Assembly: GCA_973895155.1 (NCBI GenBank)
Contig: OZ316892.1
Span: 4,486,510 to 4,550,509, forward strand
DNA: 64,000 bases
Reading direction: 5' to 3'
Source of the DNA: Marsupella aquatica
Taxonomy: Eukaryota; Plantae; Marchantiophyta
The stretch's first letter is position 1; every line of letters begins with the position of its first letter. Shown here piece by piece: positions 1-14,342 of the stretch. Below the pieces are notes generated by a model. That model was not told the DNA's origin. It was given only the letters and a program-made list of their open reading frames with translations, and did not search any database. Both the position numbers and the translations under genes were made by a program.

Positions 1-2000
1 GACACTCTGATCACATTGGACTAAAGCCCATGTTGCCACTTGTTATTCCTTGTCTACTGAGGATCAGCCTTGAATGAAGATCAAAGAACAATGATATTAA
101 CTATTCGGGCCAATTCAGAAATGGGGAGGAAATTCCAGGCATTATAGCCTGAAAAAGTTTGTAAGATGCTAAATGCCTCAGAAAATGTGTGTTTCTATTG
201 ACATAGACCACAAACTCATGATCTGGCTAGGTGTCAGCAGATATCCAGAAAAGGTAGACCTAGAACACTCTTTGGCTGGGAACAATTTTTACAAAAGATT
301 GGAAGCAAGTAATCATAAAGTTTGCCAATCAAAGAAGTTTCCCAATCTTTGTTTGCAAATCAGGTTACGACAGTAACTAAGTGTAGTTGGAAGGACTTCA
401 CTTAGTACAAAGTTGCTTAAGTCTTAGTTAGAGAAAAGGTTTCGGTCCTAAGCCTTCTTTGGATGGTAAGATCTATTTGAGGTACAATTGGAATTAGAAA
501 GTAAAAAAACAGCCCTCGTCAATGAATGTACTCTGGGGGCTGAATTTCATGACCTAGCTTTACCTAAAAAGTATCCATGTGCAATTTATAGGGGAGGTTT
601 CTAGCCAGGTTATTTGAGTCAGTTATTTTTAATTTGTATAGCTTGTGGAAGACCATATCTGGTATATATTTGACCACACTGTCAATTTTTACAATTTTTT
701 TTAACAAGAATCAAATTAAACTAGAAACTTGACTGTATTACATTAATGCCTTCATTGTAACTGCTCACGCTCAGTAAAAATGGAAAAACCCAATCCTTAG
801 GTTCAAAGTCCACTCTGACATTTCTCTACAATTATAACCTATGTAACAAGAACATTTTTGAGAGTGCTCAATTGCAAGTTGGGGTCATACTCTATGACAA
901 TTTAAGTATCCAAAGTAAAATATCCCATGGCATTTTGAAAGTCAGATCTGTCTTAGACACAAAGTGGCCACATAGAAAAGCCACATTGTTAATGATTGAG
1001 ATAATAGTGCAAATCCAACAAAACAATGAACACATGCATTTTGCCTGAATGTTATGCTCTTTGTTGACCTCAACGCAACCATAGGAGTATCTTTGTAGGG
1101 AAATTTGATATTAATTACGTACAATTTCATATTTTTTACATTTGTGCCCCCTCCTCCCCCCTCCCTCCCCTCCAACTAGTTAAAATTACTCACCTGCCTC
1201 CAAAACTGGATTTTTTTAAATCAGGTTGCCCATATTTTGCATGTGGGCTGGCTTAACCAGACTTGACTGACCTGAGATGGCAAGTAATTGGTCTACGGAA
1301 ATACTGTGGAGACTCATAATTTGTCCAAACTAACCCCTGGCTTCCAGCCATAAGAGATATGAGAGGGACCAAGATGCCAAAGTTTTTTCACTTTGATAGT
1401 AGTTGACACTTGCATTCTGGAGTGTCAGATGGGGGAACCTGGTCCAAGGTGAAGGTATAGATGGTTGGAGGGGGTTAGCGCAAGCCTCCGCATGTATAAT
1501 TAGAAAACCAATTACAGTGTGCCATCTCAGGTAACTAGCTAGTATAGTTGAGTGACGCCAACATGTAATATACAAAATGGGGGCTGGTTAATAATTTCAA
1601 CTAGTGCCCAGAAAGGCATGGCTTTGTGGTAGCTCACTTGAGTGGAGACTCATGGGTCTAGAGTTAAAATATTGTGACTGTCTGTTCCCTTTCTGTGGGG
1701 TTTCACATATTTCCCCTTTTAGAAATAATAATAATATTTCAACTAGTTTGGGGCCAGGGGTAGGATAGGATAGAACACATAGATTAAAATTTCTTCTCAA
1801 GTTATTGAAAGAGAAATCAGGATTGAATTGATTATATGTGGCCTAGATTTACAAATATATTTGGCCAGCCAATTAATCCTCAGCCAAATCCATACTATTA
1901 AGTTAGTATTCACTTGTCATTCAAAGAAGATTCAAAATAGATTTGATAGATTTTCCTTGAGTGAAGCTGATGGGAGCAAGGAAAGTAATCAGTTGAATAC

Positions 2001-4803
2001 TTACAACACAGACCAGTAGTTGTCAAAGACAATGTCACCTGCTAGTGGAACAAGCCCTACAGGCCTAATGAAAGGCTCATGCTTTAGGTGGTCAGAAAAC
2101 TCTGAGGTCCACCTACCCAAAAACCTCCAATTGCCTTCTTCGTCATAGTTGTAGAGCTCAACATGTGCAATAGATGCACAAATCCCATTTAATGGACTGC
2201 CATAGTATTGGAAGATCATACCATGGCGCAAGACTCGATCATGTGCACTCACAAAGCTGAATATAAGGAAGTTACAAGAAGGTTACTACCGGACATTAAA
2301 GTTGTATATTTAATAATGGCCATGTTTTCTCGATGATTTGGTGGAAATGAGTACGGGGCAAAAATTCCATTGTTTCCAATGCCAGAATGTGATTTTCCAA
2401 ACCAGTATATAATTAAGGGACAAAGGGCATCCTATGGACAGATAAGTTGTGATAGGTTGAGTTGGAAAACTTCAGTGTAACTCATGGAGGAAACAAAATC
2501 ATGGTCATTGCAAAGCCCAAAATCCAACAATCATGTAGCACCTTCCCCCACCATAGTGGAGAGAAGGACACCAAGTAAACATATTGCCAATCAATACTCT
2601 CAGGGCCAGCCAGGTCAGACATCAGAAATGTAAATTAACCAGATGTAAGTTGTAACAAGACAAGAAGAACCACTTACATGTTTTGCCCGATACCTTCCAG
2701 CATGGGATTCCACACATGACACTCCAATTTATGATCAAATGGTGGAGCAAAGTTTTTGGAATTCTTATGGTGATGGATCAACAGATCCCCATAGCGCAGT
2801 TGAAAGTGTGGTGCCTTTACACCTAGAGGCATGTTGGCCGGGGCAACAGGTGGGGGTATTGACAAGGTTGCGCCAAGCGGACCCCCATACTGAAGTAACC
2901 CATGATCAATCCAATACCAAGGGTGCAAGATCTTTTTGTCAGAACCAAGTGGAGGTCTCAACCCTGGCCAATACATGTAGAAGTTGATGGTGGGATGACG
3001 ATTCCAAAGCCACCGTTGATTGAAATTTCCAAATCGTACAACAAGATCCCCTTGCTCCAATGGGTATTTGTCCAAAAAGTTTTGCCTGATTAACAATTCT
3101 CATCATAGAAGCCAATTAATTTAGAAATTAAAACAGTGTCTATAATTGGGAGTGAGCATGAGTTACTGATGCTCAAATTAAAGTGGGGCTCAAAGAAGTG
3201 TTGGATGAAGACTTGCTTCTTTTTTTCCTTGCTTGATCCAACCATCTGAACTTAGCTAATCAATTTAATACTTCATTGTACAAACCTTGACTTAGGGCAA
3301 AAGGGATTTCTCAAGTCATGGTGCAAGCTGTAGAAAGTTAGGGTAAAAAATTATGAGCGTTGGTCTTCACATACTAGATATTGATGAATCTAGGTATGTG
3401 TGTGGGATCACCTGGGCATGATCACCCCACCCGACACTCTTAACTCACCTCTATCCCTACTTCGCTTATACTTTTGGGGTTTGTTAGGTGTAAAACCTAG
3501 ACTATTTTGGCTCATGTTGCTGGCGCAGTCAGTGTGGTCTAGGGATGATCCTTCCCTTTTTGGACACGCACCTCTGAGCCTGAGAGCTAAAAAATGGATC
3601 ACCTGGGCAACAGCTTTACGCCTTGGATTACCATTTCTGCTATCTTAGTGAGCACTTGTTAGGAATTGGAAACAGGTCACTCACCTAAACTGCCCATGAT
3701 CATCAAAATAATGGCGATCCTCATAGATGCTGACCAAACATCTCAGCGTAGGAGGCTCACCAGCCACCGTACTTTGTTTAAGCCTTGGCCTGGTAAAAAT
3801 GATAACATCTCCTGGGATCAACCGAAAGTCTTCTTCATAGAAGTACATCAAATCAGGGTGCTCCATAGGGTGTCCATTCCATTTGATAGACTCTGTACTT
3901 CTTAGGTGTGGGAACCACAAGCCTCCAACTTGAACACCTTGAGGAACATTGTTATTGCTCGTCTCAGGCATTGACTCTCTAGAATTGGGTGTCTCTCCAT
4001 CTGAAAGTGTTTGCGTTGCTGAAGGATGGCGACTGTCTAGAGGAACAGGCTTTGGAATTGGGGGAGGACTCGCTGGCTCCATGGGCCCATAGTAGTATTC
4101 CTCCTCTGGTGTCAAAACTATAGGCTCCTTGTTCCTGTACTTTCAATTGGTTGGTTGATGCTTGAAATTTGCATTTCACATTTGTGACAAGATGTGCACA
4201 TTCAAATGTTTTAATTTCACAGGATGGGAATTGCTTAGCAATTTGTTTTTTCAAAAAATGGGGCAACAAAGCAATTGCTGGGAAATATTACTGATCCATA
4301 TTGTAAATATTTTTGAAAATTAGAGCATTGATTTCACGTTTACTCATTATCTATTAGGTAGTGAATTTGGACATCCGTACTCCAGTTCAATCTTAATTGC
4401 ACATTATTGCAATTCTTGCCAGGTTAAGGTACCTTGTGTTCAAACTTGGATCTACCTCAAGAGGATTTGGACCAACTGGCCCTTTCCGACCTACAACAGA
4501 ACCATATAAATCATCGGCAACCCATTCAACTGGTTTTGGCCTCTCCATGGGGTTCCGTCTCCTATTTTGTTCCATTATTTTCTTGTACATTTTATGCTCT
4601 TCAATCACTTGCTGGTTTGTGCAATACTTCCTCAAAACAAACGCATTATTACAAAATTCCAGTGGTGTTAAAACTTTTCCTTCTACATCTTCCTCGTTAG
4701 GATCTGGCTCATATTCTTGATCAGCTAAGATCCATTCCGTCCCTGGGGTATAGTTGAATCTTGGAACTTCTTCATCGTCCCCATTTTCTCCATTTAACTC
4801 CAT
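2001..4803 (-). CDS. Orphan multi-exon gene or partly decayed gene of unknown function
   Basis: ATG at 4803. Exons 4433-4803, 3685-4134 and 3449-3579 join in frame via GT-AG junctions (AAG|gtacct...tacag|GAAC; TTTAG|gtgagt...ctcag|G). Further exon-like ORFs lie at 2678-3085 and 2001-2256, but I could not resolve their joins cleanly. Confidence 0.5.
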
Positions 4804-7665
4804 TGTGATAAGCTTTTAGAGTCTCAGACTCTAAGGCCGCTCCGGGTCTTGTAGTGAGGTACCAGTGTCCACGTGTGACAAAATTATCCACTTGCCCCGC
4901 CACTTGCAAATGGAGGGGTATTTGTTTTCTCAAAAAAACTTCCTTTGTATGACTCTGACATCTGAACTCATCTATTCAACCGGCATTTTGTTATCATGAG
5001 CTGTCAAATGGAAAAAAGGGGGCAAAATCTGATCACAAACCTAAGTCCACTCCTACACAGCAATGTGCATATATATATATAGATATGTACACTCTTGTAA
5101 TGTGTACCAGACACAAGGGATGGAAGATTTTGACACATTATTTAGTTGCACATTGCTGAAGAAATTGCTTTCTTGCTCAGGACATGAATAAAGAATCAAG
5201 GCTGCTACCCTGCTACACACAAGCGTTATTCCACAATTTCCAAATTTGGGTTGAGAATTTGTTAGTGACAATCTCAAATTATCACGCAGAAAAAGATGTG
5301 TTCCGATGTGGAAGCACCCAACAAGAGGACTGTAAGACCAAAACAGAGCTCATTTGACTGGACAGAACTTTGTATGACCTAAATAATGATAACCAAGGGG
5401 CATTCCAGAGTTTGACCAAATCTTATATTGAAGGGGTGTATCCTTTGGAGAATGTAATCAGGTTTGCACCTATAAATTGTCCCTTTAATCTGGAAAGTCA
5501 TTTAGAGTTGTCTACCAGCCAGGTTACTTTACAATTGGGGTGTGAGGAAGACGAGGGACTTGCTTTTACTCTGGGCTTGTGTTTACTCTGGGCTTGCTTG
5601 ATTGGGTCTCATTCATTTGGGATCCTGTCTCCGGGTCTGGTGCTTTTTGTTCTTTGGTTGTGTGATATATATATTTATGGGTTTGAGTATTCTATGTGGT
5701 TTTGGGTTGTGGAGGAACTACCATAGTGCTTGTAGATACTGCACAAGAAAGCAGACTGGCACCCTTTTGGTTTCAAAAATAAATGCAAATTGTTTGTAGA
5801 CTTGCATGAAAGTTAGTGACTAGTTGAGAGTGGTGCGAGTAGTAGGAAGTATTTTTTGAGTATTTGCCAAATTTCTAATAGTATTTTTTCAATTGATTCC
5901 ATGTAAATAAATGATCCTGCCATACTTCAGTTGCGCAAATACCCTGAGAGGCATATGAGGACAGTCAGTGCTGATTTCTTGAGGAATGATATGATATGTA
6001 CAGCTTGTTACATCACTTGAAGATTCGTTTGGTTCAAACGCTTGGTGCATTGTCACCAACAGGGTCACCAAGCACTTGGTTTTTCAGTTGCCCAACTGAA
6101 GGTGATTTTTGGGAACAGTCATATTAAGTCTTGGCCTGAGACTCCATTTGAGACTAGTGAAAGCTTCTTCCTCTCAGATTGATGAACTTCATATTGGAGA
6201 TGGATCACCCATCTACCTGCTTACTTCCCCAGCTGCAGTAAACTACATCAGAATAAAACTCCAAATATACTGACAGAGACTTAATCCAATACATATGTTC
6301 CATCGTCAGTTAATGATCTAAAGTGATTTATCTGCATCACCAATCTACCTCAAGTTGACATTGCTAGAAAACAAATAGTGCCAATTGTAGATCCTGGTCA
6401 GTTTACAATTGGTGTCTCTTTGTCAATTTGAAAGGTATTTGTTCAGTCGGTGTCTAAGTTGGAACTAATGTTTCAATTCAACCCGAGCTTTCCCAACAAA
6501 TTGCAACAATGCTCTGTGATTTTGTCATCTCATACTTGAGTTACAAAATATGGTTTTTCCAAACAGTACAGATGGCTGGGTTCCATGGGCAGGGGGCGCA
6601 GCAGGGGTTAGGAAGTACAAGCACTCCCTTTGACACTCTTGGGCCAGATACATGGTATTCTAAGGCATAGATAGTGTTTGAGAAGTATGATATTTGGACT
6701 TGATCACTAATGATTTGTACTTGAGAGCCAATGAGAATGCCCTGCACTGCTACTATCAGGGGAAGGGGTACCCCCTGAGTGGGCTTGGGGGTGAGGGAAA
6801 ATCATGAGTACTCCATACTACTGACAATAGCTGGATACCCCTCACTCCTTGTAAGTGCTGCCATTTTGTTGGCTAAAATATTATGACAACACATCTGTAC
6901 TCATCACTTCGGGCCATTTGAGTCCCACACCCCTGGATTCTCGTTTAGCTACTGAGTGTGTAACCATAGATTGAACTCTCATTTCAAAAGATACCTCGAT
7001 CACAAAGCGTAGTTTTTTCAAACAGGGCTAGCTCTAAAGATATGGCAGGTCTGTTTAAGTCCAAGGACCTTGGATTCTTGTTTAGCTAGCACATAACCAT
7101 ATGGTGGTCATCAAACACTATTAATATATCCCATCTGCCAACCTTCTGTTTACAAAATGTCATCTGGGTGGGAAGCAATCCAGTTGTTAGCTGCAAAACT
7201 ATGTTTCTGTCACTGTTGGATTAGCCAAAAGCACCTCCTTGCACACCCTCTGCCTTCCTGTATGTGTTTCACCCTCATGCTCTGCACCTCGCCTTGCCGT
7301 CCATACCTCACCCTCCATGCCTCCACCTCGCCCTCCACGCCTCACCATCCGTGTCTCACTCTTCATGCCGCCATCCGTACCTCACCATCCATGCCTTGCC
7401 CTCCCTGAAATTGTACGTGCTCGCAACCGTACAAAGCACAGGCATAGGGCCGGTTCAGACAGATTGGTGGCATTCTGATACATCTCAATTTTTCAAGAAA
7501 TAGGGACAACTAAACCCTAAACCATGCTGGGAACCCATACCAAAAGTGGTTAATAGTTTACATATTTTTCTGTATGAAGCCTTCTTTTTGCAAACAAGTT
7601 TCTACAGCAGGTAATTGAGCTGAGGCCAGCTTAAATTTTAAAAGTTTTTCCGTTTCATGTTAAGT

Positions 7666-7820
7666 TATGTGAAGGAGAAGATGCTAAGAATATTTGTTAT
7701 TCATGTTTTAATATTAAATTTTGACCATTAAATCTCCCTACATTTGAGGATATGTGAAGGAGAAGATGCTAAGAATATTTGTTATCTATATTTTAATATT
7801 AAAATTTTGACCATTAAATA
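7666..7820. repeat. Direct repeat, 2 x ~85 bp
   Basis: TATGTGAAGGAGAAGATGCTAAGAATATTTGTTAT...TTTTGACCATTAAAT at ~7666 and ~7751. Confidence 0.85.
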
Positions 7821-8569
7821 TTTCAAACTGCCAAAAAACAAAGATTCCTCAAACACGAAACCCAATCAAGAAACCTCACACATAGCCTAATGGGCTATGA
7901 AGCATGTGTGAAACTGGAAGACCAAAAACCTGACTAATTTTAGCCAAAACCGGGCAAAGATTTTTTAAGTCATGTGGAATCTAGCTAATTTTGGCCACTA
8001 AAAAAGGGACTGTATATTCGATTGGCTTTTTGTCCAAAAAGATACCCTTGAGTGCATCGACTCATGGCGCCCACAGTGTGGGAGGAAGCACAAGTCGAAA
8101 TGAGGCAGATAGAATTTGTGAGGCCACGATGTTACTCTAGAAGGTGGACCTCCGAGCTTGACAGATGGGTGGTCCACATCATTGAGATATATTGAACAAA
8201 GTGAATTGAGAATGTCTTGCCCAAAAGTGCTCAACAAGGAACTTCACCAAATTCCACGATTCATGTCTTGAGAAGGTAGACTTGGTGGAGGATGAATCAG
8301 AAAAACAAAACCAATAAGTATATGCTAATGTCCTGTTTAGAGGGTCCTGGTAATTACATATCATAATATGACATGTCATATGGTGATCCAAATCATGACG
8401 GGCATTCTTCTCCAAGAATTGCATATAATCCCAGCAGAGAGATATGTTGCCCCTCTGGATAAAAGTTCACAGACAAAACTCAGACAACTAGAGAGCGGAA
8501 CTAATGGATCACAAAAATGGAGGAGGAGTAATTGGCTCTAATCACACATCAAATTGTGGTAATATACAG

Positions 8570-8740
8570 TGTGCACCCATTAATGTAAAGAAACTAAGGA
8601 AATGTATCATGGTATGAAGGGATGTGGGACACCATATATGTCATATTTTGATGTGCACCCATTAATTTAAAGAAACTAAGTAAATGTATCATGGTATCAA
8701 GGATGTGGGACACCATATATCTTACATTTTGATGTGCAAT
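8570..8740. repeat. Direct repeat, 2 x ~83 bp
   Basis: TGTGCACCCATTAAT..AAAGAAACTAAG.AAATGTATCATGGTAT...GGATGTGGGACACCATATAT occurs twice in tandem. Confidence 0.85.
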
Positions 8741-9759
8741 TAACTGGACCGAGAAAATTCATATTGTTAAATACTTGGCACACAAGAAAGGGATCTTTCC
8801 AGTGTAGACAGATCTTTGGAAAAGTGGAAGGCCTATTATTTGTACAATTCAAGTCTAGTGCGGTTGACTGTTAATTAATGTCAGTGGACAATGGAAAGTG
8901 GAAAAGGGAAACGTTTCTGCTACAAAGGACCGTCTGCATCTGTGGAGAGTGAGAGGTATTACACACGACTGAGTGCAGTGGAGTGAAGGGCATTGCAGAG
9001 GAGCAGCTGGCTGTGAAGTAGGTGGTCGGTGAATTGTTGGGCGAAGAGGAGATTGAACAAACTGAGGTCATACAGGAGCTTGAAGAATTCACAACGGAGG
9101 TTAGCTAGCGAGAGGAGGAACTTCAATTGTAGTGCTTGATTTAATGGCATCGTACGTATGCACATACCTGATCCTAGTTTCAGTTTTTCGTGGTCTCGTT
9201 CTTGGTTGAATGGTTCAGCTTCAGCTACCTTGCCCTAGGACGGAGAATTTGACATCCCCTTGAATAACGCAGTAAAGTTCTACTCTGATTTTTACGGTAA
9301 AAAGATTCTCTTGAGATACTGGTGTGACAAAATGTATGGAGGGAATCAACGAGTGATAGCCTGAGAGAGAAGAGGGAGTGAGCTGCTTTTCAGGTCCCTA
9401 ACTTCAATTTCGGACAGAGATACAGACAGGCAGATCGAGATAGTGAATTTGAGATTGAATGAACAGCATTACCTCTTCAAGGGGGACAAACGCAATGTCC
9501 CATGATCATCAGAACTGAGGAGAGACATGACGTTTGTCAGCTGCATTTCTCGTTCGAGTTGCAATCTCCGAGATAAAGTTATTTCCGTCCATCGTTGTCT
9601 TAAAATGCCGCTGGTTTTTCTGTGAACTTCTTAACCGGTGATAGATGTTGAAGGATGGGAAAGGTGGACCTTGTTCCTATTCTCAGCTGAATTGAGGTCC
9701 AATCCTGAATCTCCGCTTGCTCACGGTGGTTGTCTGACGTGCCATATCTCAGACTTGAC

Positions 9760-11508
9760 ATGCAACAGTTCGTCGATGTCGATCCAAACTCTGAGCCATC
9801 TAGGCAATCATACATCAAATTTGTCGAAGGGAAGAGCCCTGCTGAAGTGAGGTAAGTGTCTATTCTTTGCTGAGCCTAGGATTTCTAAAAACAATTCCTA
9901 GAGCGATGCAATAGATTCATCTCTGTGCTTTCTGTCTCAAATGTCGTCTTCAAGATGTATGTACACATCTCAACTACATCTGCGTAATTTAGGGCCAAAT
10001 TCCCCCTTGGTTAAGGTTTGAAATTGGCTCACAGATAAAGTGGGTCCCATGTCGGAGGTACTATTTGAGTAGACTAGTATACAGTTTCTGCCTGGAGTCG
10101 ATTCTGGAGTCTTATGCATTCTGGGCGACATTCGCGTTCTGCTTCAGGTGGTGGTCAAAGGACACAGTGGCTGTCGTAACTGGGGCCAACAAAGGTATAG
10201 GCTTTCAGATAGTACGACAGCTAGCAAAGGAGGGTGTGACGACGATTTTGGCCGCTCGGGATGAGACCAGAGGCCTGGAAGCGGCAGATAAACTGAAAGC
10301 TGAAGGGCTGGAGAATGTGTTGTTCTACCCACTGGATGTCACCGATCCAGCTTCTGCTGCTCAGTTAGCAAACTGGTTAAAAGAGAAATTTGGAGGGATT
10401 GATATACTGGTATGTGACTTGGGGTTATCTTTGCGTCCAAGGTCAGTTTTGTTACAGGTAGGGAAAGTAGAAGGAGACAATTTTCACTACACTGGTTGAA
10501 ATATTAGAGACTGGTGGAATCTTTTGCAGGTTAACAATGCCGGAATTGGTGGTAGGGGAGAAGGCTACGATACTGCAAAATTCGTACTCAGCACGAACTA
10601 TTATGGCCAGAAGATAATAACGTCTGCCTTGATTCCGCTCTTGAAGCCATCACCACCTGGTGCACGTATTGTATTTGTAAGTTCAGAGCTTGGACAGCTT
10701 CGGGTAAGTCCTTGTGACAGCTTTTCCTGATTTCATCTTGTCACTGTCTTGGGTTCAAATACCTGCAGTCTTTCGGTTGTAATCTAGACGAGGAACAAAA
10801 TGTGACGTTGTGATTGCAAGTTCCCTCCGAGCCAACCTTGCTTTCTAAGAGTGAGAATTCTTAGTTAGTACCTGAAGTTGTGCAGTACAGAACTAGTTCA
10901 TCCAGCCACAGCATGTGTTATTTCTAACAACGATGGTTTCCTTCTCGCAAAACTGCAAGATGGTAACCGAATATAGGTGTGCCTTTTGAAAATTTGTTCA
11001 TCCGGACTTCAGCCTTCTGCAGCTCCGGTTCAATAGTACTACGGAAATTCCAGTGGCCGTTTGACAGTCCTATGAAGCTGACTCTCTCGCAACATTTGCC
11101 TTCCGTGTGATGCAGTGGCTCAGCAACGAGAAGGTGAAACAACAACTGGGTGACGTGGATCATGTCACTGAAAGTGCAATTGATTCTATCAGTGCTGAGT
11201 TTTTGGAAAATATCAAGAAAGGACAAAAGAGTTGGATTGATGGTTTTGGAGAATACTACAAGATGTCGAAAATTCTTTTGAATGCTTATTCCAGAGTTCT
11301 TGCCAAATCCCTTTCCAGCCGGCCCAGTGGCAGTAAGGTGTACGTGAACGTAATGTCACCTGGGCTGACGTTCACTGACCTGAATAATTTTGCGGCGGGC
11401 CGCACTGTAGAGCATGGTGCTGATACTGCTGTATGGCTTGCACTATTCCCAAGTGGAGGTCCCCACGGAGGATTCTTAAGAGACAGAGCAGACCATCCCT
11501 ACTTATGA
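9760..11508 (+). CDS. Short-chain dehydrogenase/reductase, carbonyl reductase / (+)-neomenthol dehydrogenase-like, ~306 aa, 4 exons
   Basis: Exons 9760-9851, 10148-10409, 10530-10703 and 11116-11508 are phase-consistent with GT-AG junctions. Motifs TGANKGIG (Rossmann), LDVTD, ILVNNAG, VSS, YKMSK (YxxxK) and GADTAVWLA. The start codon is inferred. Confidence 0.92.
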
Positions 11509-11920
11509 GAAACAATTTGACATAGAGAGGCTTTAGGGGTTGCTTGTCGATGGAGGATTCTTGAGAGACAGCAGCCCATCCGTTCTAAAGAGTAGGTTTG
11601 TGAGATCCCTACTTATGAGAAAGAACTTTACATATAGAAGCTTTAGAGTGTTTTGTCTAGAGAAACAATCTGACATAGAGAGGCTTTAGGGGTTGCTTGT
11701 CCATGGAGGATTCTTGAGAGACAGCAGACCATCCGTTCTAAAGAGTAGGTTTGTGTGATCCCTACTTATGAGAAAGAACTTATCATCTAGAAGCTTTAGA
11801 GTGTTTTGTCTATGGAGGATTCTTTACAGACAGGGTAGACAATCCGTTCTAAAAAGTAGGATTGTCCGATCCCTAGCTATAAGGAGCAACTTTACATAGA
11901 TGAGAGAAGCTTTAGAGGTA
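11468..11920 (+). repeat. Imperfect tandem duplications of the SDR last codons, stop and proximal 3' UTR
   Basis: GGAGGATTCTT.AGAGACAG..GACCATCC recurs at ~11468, ~11552, ~11705 and ~11814. ATCCCTACTTATGAGAAA recurs at ~11495, ~11605 and ~11758. Confidence 0.85.
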
Positions 11921-13049
11921 TTTTTGTCGTCCACATTACTTTCTGTCGTTGAAAAATGCCTGATCTTGCCACACAAGCAACAACGTACGTATCGGAATCT
12001 AAATGCTGGGGAGTTTGATCTCCACCTTTTTCAGTCTCGTTTCAATTCCAACAGGTGAGTGATAAGAACCATTGAAGGGCGGATTGGTAGCTACTCTTTA
12101 CCGCCTTTGTCTGAAAATTGCCAGAGTCTATACTGTTGTGTCAAGTTAAGCACAGCAATTCTACCTGCCCCCTTTCTTCAGTTTGACCAATTCAAGTGTG
12201 TGGCAGTGAAGACTTTCACATTGTGGATGCCACTTTGGCAAACTGATTAGTTCATCTGCAGCACGACCGCAACCGCTGGAAATGTTCGTCAACCGCGGCC
12301 ACTGTTTATTTTTAAATTGCAGAGATGCTTGCCTGGAATTTCATTGTCTGCGCTCCTAGTCATGTGCTCTGTTTTTTGTAATTGGAAAAACGTTTTTTCC
12401 AAAGATGAGACTGCATTGCTCGACAACAGGGGAACAACTTGAGGTTCATCTCTTGTATCCGAGAAACTCCCCCCTGAGCATTGCAATGTTTGGCTGACGT
12501 AAGAGCTTCTTTGATGGTAAAAACAACAAGAACCGCATTTGTACCTCTCATCTTAAATTAAAAGTTTGGTAGAAATCATTTCCTGCAATTCCATTTGCAT
12601 CTCAGAAGGTTGGTTTGACAAGAGGACTTTGAAGCTTCAAAAGATTATTTGCACTGGCAACCTTCAGTGGGAAATGGACCCACGAGTCTGCCTGCCAGGC
12701 TAGAGGAGAGACTATCACATCTCAAAAATTGAACTCGATACTCCTGATCAACTAAAATATTCGAGCACGGAAAATACAAATTGAAAATGCCAAGTTCACT
12801 GCAGCGGCCTACTGCTCCTGGAAGCTCACGCTGGCCTTTGTCCACCCCCGTTTTGGAACGTGGCTCCGTCATCTCTGCAGTATCTAAGATCCTAATATTT
12901 ATTTGTTCCCCGCCTCCTCCCCGGCCACTCTCTCATGACAATGATCTAGGTCTATTTGTTTCTCCTTTCTTGCAGTGGTGTTCCCAAATGCTTCATTCCA
13001 TCCTTTGACAGAGATATATCAATCAACATTGATTTTACAATTGCTTGAT

Positions 13050-13384
13050 AATGGAGTAGCACCACACCCCTAGTTGAAGCAAGATCCCAATCCAATCCAA
13101 TGTCCGATTTCCCACCCTAATCACAGAATTGTTTGCGAATGGAATTGCATCACACCCTAGTCAAAGCAAGATCCCAATCGAATGTCCGAATTTCCCACCC
13201 CAATTACAGAGTTGCTTGCGAATGGAGTAGCACCACACCCTACTCAAATCTAGATGCCAATCCAGTGTCTGAATTTCCCACCCCAATTACAGAATTGCTT
13301 GCTGATGGAGTAGCACCGCACCCTAGTCAAATCAACATGTCAATCCACTGTCTGAATCGCCCACCCCAATTTGAGAATTGCTGA
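13050..13384. repeat. Tandem repeat, ~4 x 83-89 bp
   Basis: Unit ATGGAGTAGCACCACACCCTAGT...GATCCCAATC..TGTCCGAATTTCCCACCCCAATTACAGA.TTGCTTG. Confidence 0.85.
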
Positions 13385-14342
13385 TCTTGCTGATCTAAAA
13401 TGGTGACGGACCAGAGGGGAGACACAATGGAAAATGAAAGAGTTGGTTTTTTAGACACATCTAGGACACAAAAGAAAATGCATGAGGTGGTTTAGGAATA
13501 TCTAAACCGCTCTAATCCAAAAACCCAACCGCTCTTTGGGAAAACCTAAAACCACCTGTAAGAAATAAAAATCAACGGAACCATCGTCAGACTGTAAGAC
13601 TGTTATGGGTGTAACAATCAGATGTCAAACACGACCCATTACATAGTAGTACACGAGTAAAGTTGCCAAACCAACACGGGGAGTGGAGTATCTGACGCAG
13701 TAAGACTGTCAACTTGGGACTGTAAGACTGTCATCGCTGAAGGCCGGAACAGAGTGCTGAGTGTCGTCGGGCTTCAACTTACTCTCCTCTTGTGCTCTCT
13801 CCTCTTCTCCTCTCTCGTCTCCTCTTGTCTGAGCGGGGATCACGGAGCCTTTGCTTCATCGCGCCTCCCTGTAATCTATCCTCAAGCTTCAGCGTTTTCG
13901 TTTCACTAGAAGTTCGTGTTTTCAATCGAATGTGATGGAGGAGGAGGTATTCTGCACCTTGTGGTGGAATTGGTGATTGTTGATGACCTCGAGCAAAGCG
14001 ACGACGTGGTGGAGCCCTGGTGGCCTGAAGGGAGTTTCGGCAAGAAGTGTTTTCGGTTTCGGGCGACCATGGAGGAGGCGGTGTTCGCTATCCAGCCTTC
14101 TTCGAGCCCAACGCTTCAATACTTCGCGGTGAATTGATGATTGTGGATGACCTCGACCGAAGAGGAGGAGCAGCCTTTTGGTGTAGTGTCATTGCGCAGG
14201 CAGACGTGGTGGAGCCCTCTCTTATTGGAATTTCAGCAAGGCGCTGCGAAGACCAGGAGGCCCCCGCGTGCGTGTGATCGGAGCAGGACATGGGAAACGT
14301 ATGCTTCTGCGGGTCTAAGGTTAGCAGCAGCAGCAATTTAAC

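Noticed and set aside
5889-6863. Decayed minus-strand reading frame starting at ATG ~6863
   Set aside because: It has many stops and no motif I can assign; probably a TE relic, but unsupported.
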